A stretch of DNA of 64,000 nucleotides from Schmidtea polychroa (taxonomy: Eukaryota). The notes beneath the pieces are model-generated. The model saw only the letters and a program-made list of their open reading frames with translations. It had not been told where the DNA came from and did not search any database. The DNA is taken from assembly GCA_044892525.1 (NCBI GenBank), contig CM097886.1, positions 158,968,001 through 159,032,000 of the forward strand, written 5' to 3'. Of the stretch, positions 63,346 through 64,000 are shown piece after piece (position 1 is the stretch's first letter; each line of letters begins with the position of its first letter). The position numbers and the translations under genes are program-made.

Positions 63346-64000
63346 GATTGTCTTCAAACCCTCTTTTTAATTTTATATTATTGATAATATTCATATTTTT
63401 ACATAAAATAAATTTAACATAAATAGAATTGTAGTTGTGTATTAATATCTGAAAGGATCTAAAATTATATATTACATCAAATTAATAACAAATTAATAAC
63501 AAACTGATATTGTCAAATTTAATTGTTGTAAGCACGGAAACTGTATTGCTAATAAAAATGTTAATGGTATTTTTTTAATAGTTTAAATTGAGAAAACACT
63601 GTAAAGACTTTATACATCCTGTTTGAGCCGCAAATAGTTAATAACCTGAAAAAATTCATGTTAGTCGTGGATTAGGCATGCCTGATTTAAGTACTCACAA
63701 GTATAAAAATTTAATTTCGGTCTTCTTCATTTGTCATCAAAAGTTCACTTGGTAAAATTTCCTTCGATGTTTGACTTTTATTTGCACAAGGTGTTTTCAC
63801 ATACAGTTGAAATCTACTGTTTCGATAATTTATAACAGCTCCCATGATGGACCAATATCATATATATGATAGATATGTATTTTCAATTGAAATTATAATT
63901 TTAAAAAATTGACTATTAATCAATAAATATATCAAAAAACATCGATATCTTTACTGATTCATAGTCAATTTTTTAATAAATATGATGTCAATTGAAAATG

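Overview
AT-rich eukaryotic (metazoan, probably invertebrate) genomic scaffold with seven N gaps. Positions 1-12825 are the right-hand part of a nearly intact Polinton/Maverick (adintovirus-like) endogenous virus. In order it carries the major capsid C-terminus, a Zn-finger/PLA2/integrase fusion, a packaging ATPase, a core-like protein, an adenain-like protease, a penton, fibre-like and membrane proteins, and a protein-primed DNA polymerase B split by one frameshift. These are followed by two tandem tRNA-sized Pol III-type genes, a GC-rich nested-hairpin region and an ...ACTACT terminus inserted into the hammerhead-ribozyme motif of a Penelope-like element. The rest is host DNA full of transposons: a hAT element, a GC-rich and probably young hATm-type element, MITEs, Penelope-like, Gypsy, mariner, pogo and Helitron-like remnants. 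From 32155 onwards these lie in the introns of a TBC1D30 gene (six exons traced, plus a likely alternative first exon) that continues past the window end. The best candidates for undescribed biology are the virus-borne tRNA-like Pol III RNA pair, the adjacent structured region and the PLA2-integrase polyprotein. All family assignments rest on motifs recognised by eye and sequences recalled from memory; no database search was run.
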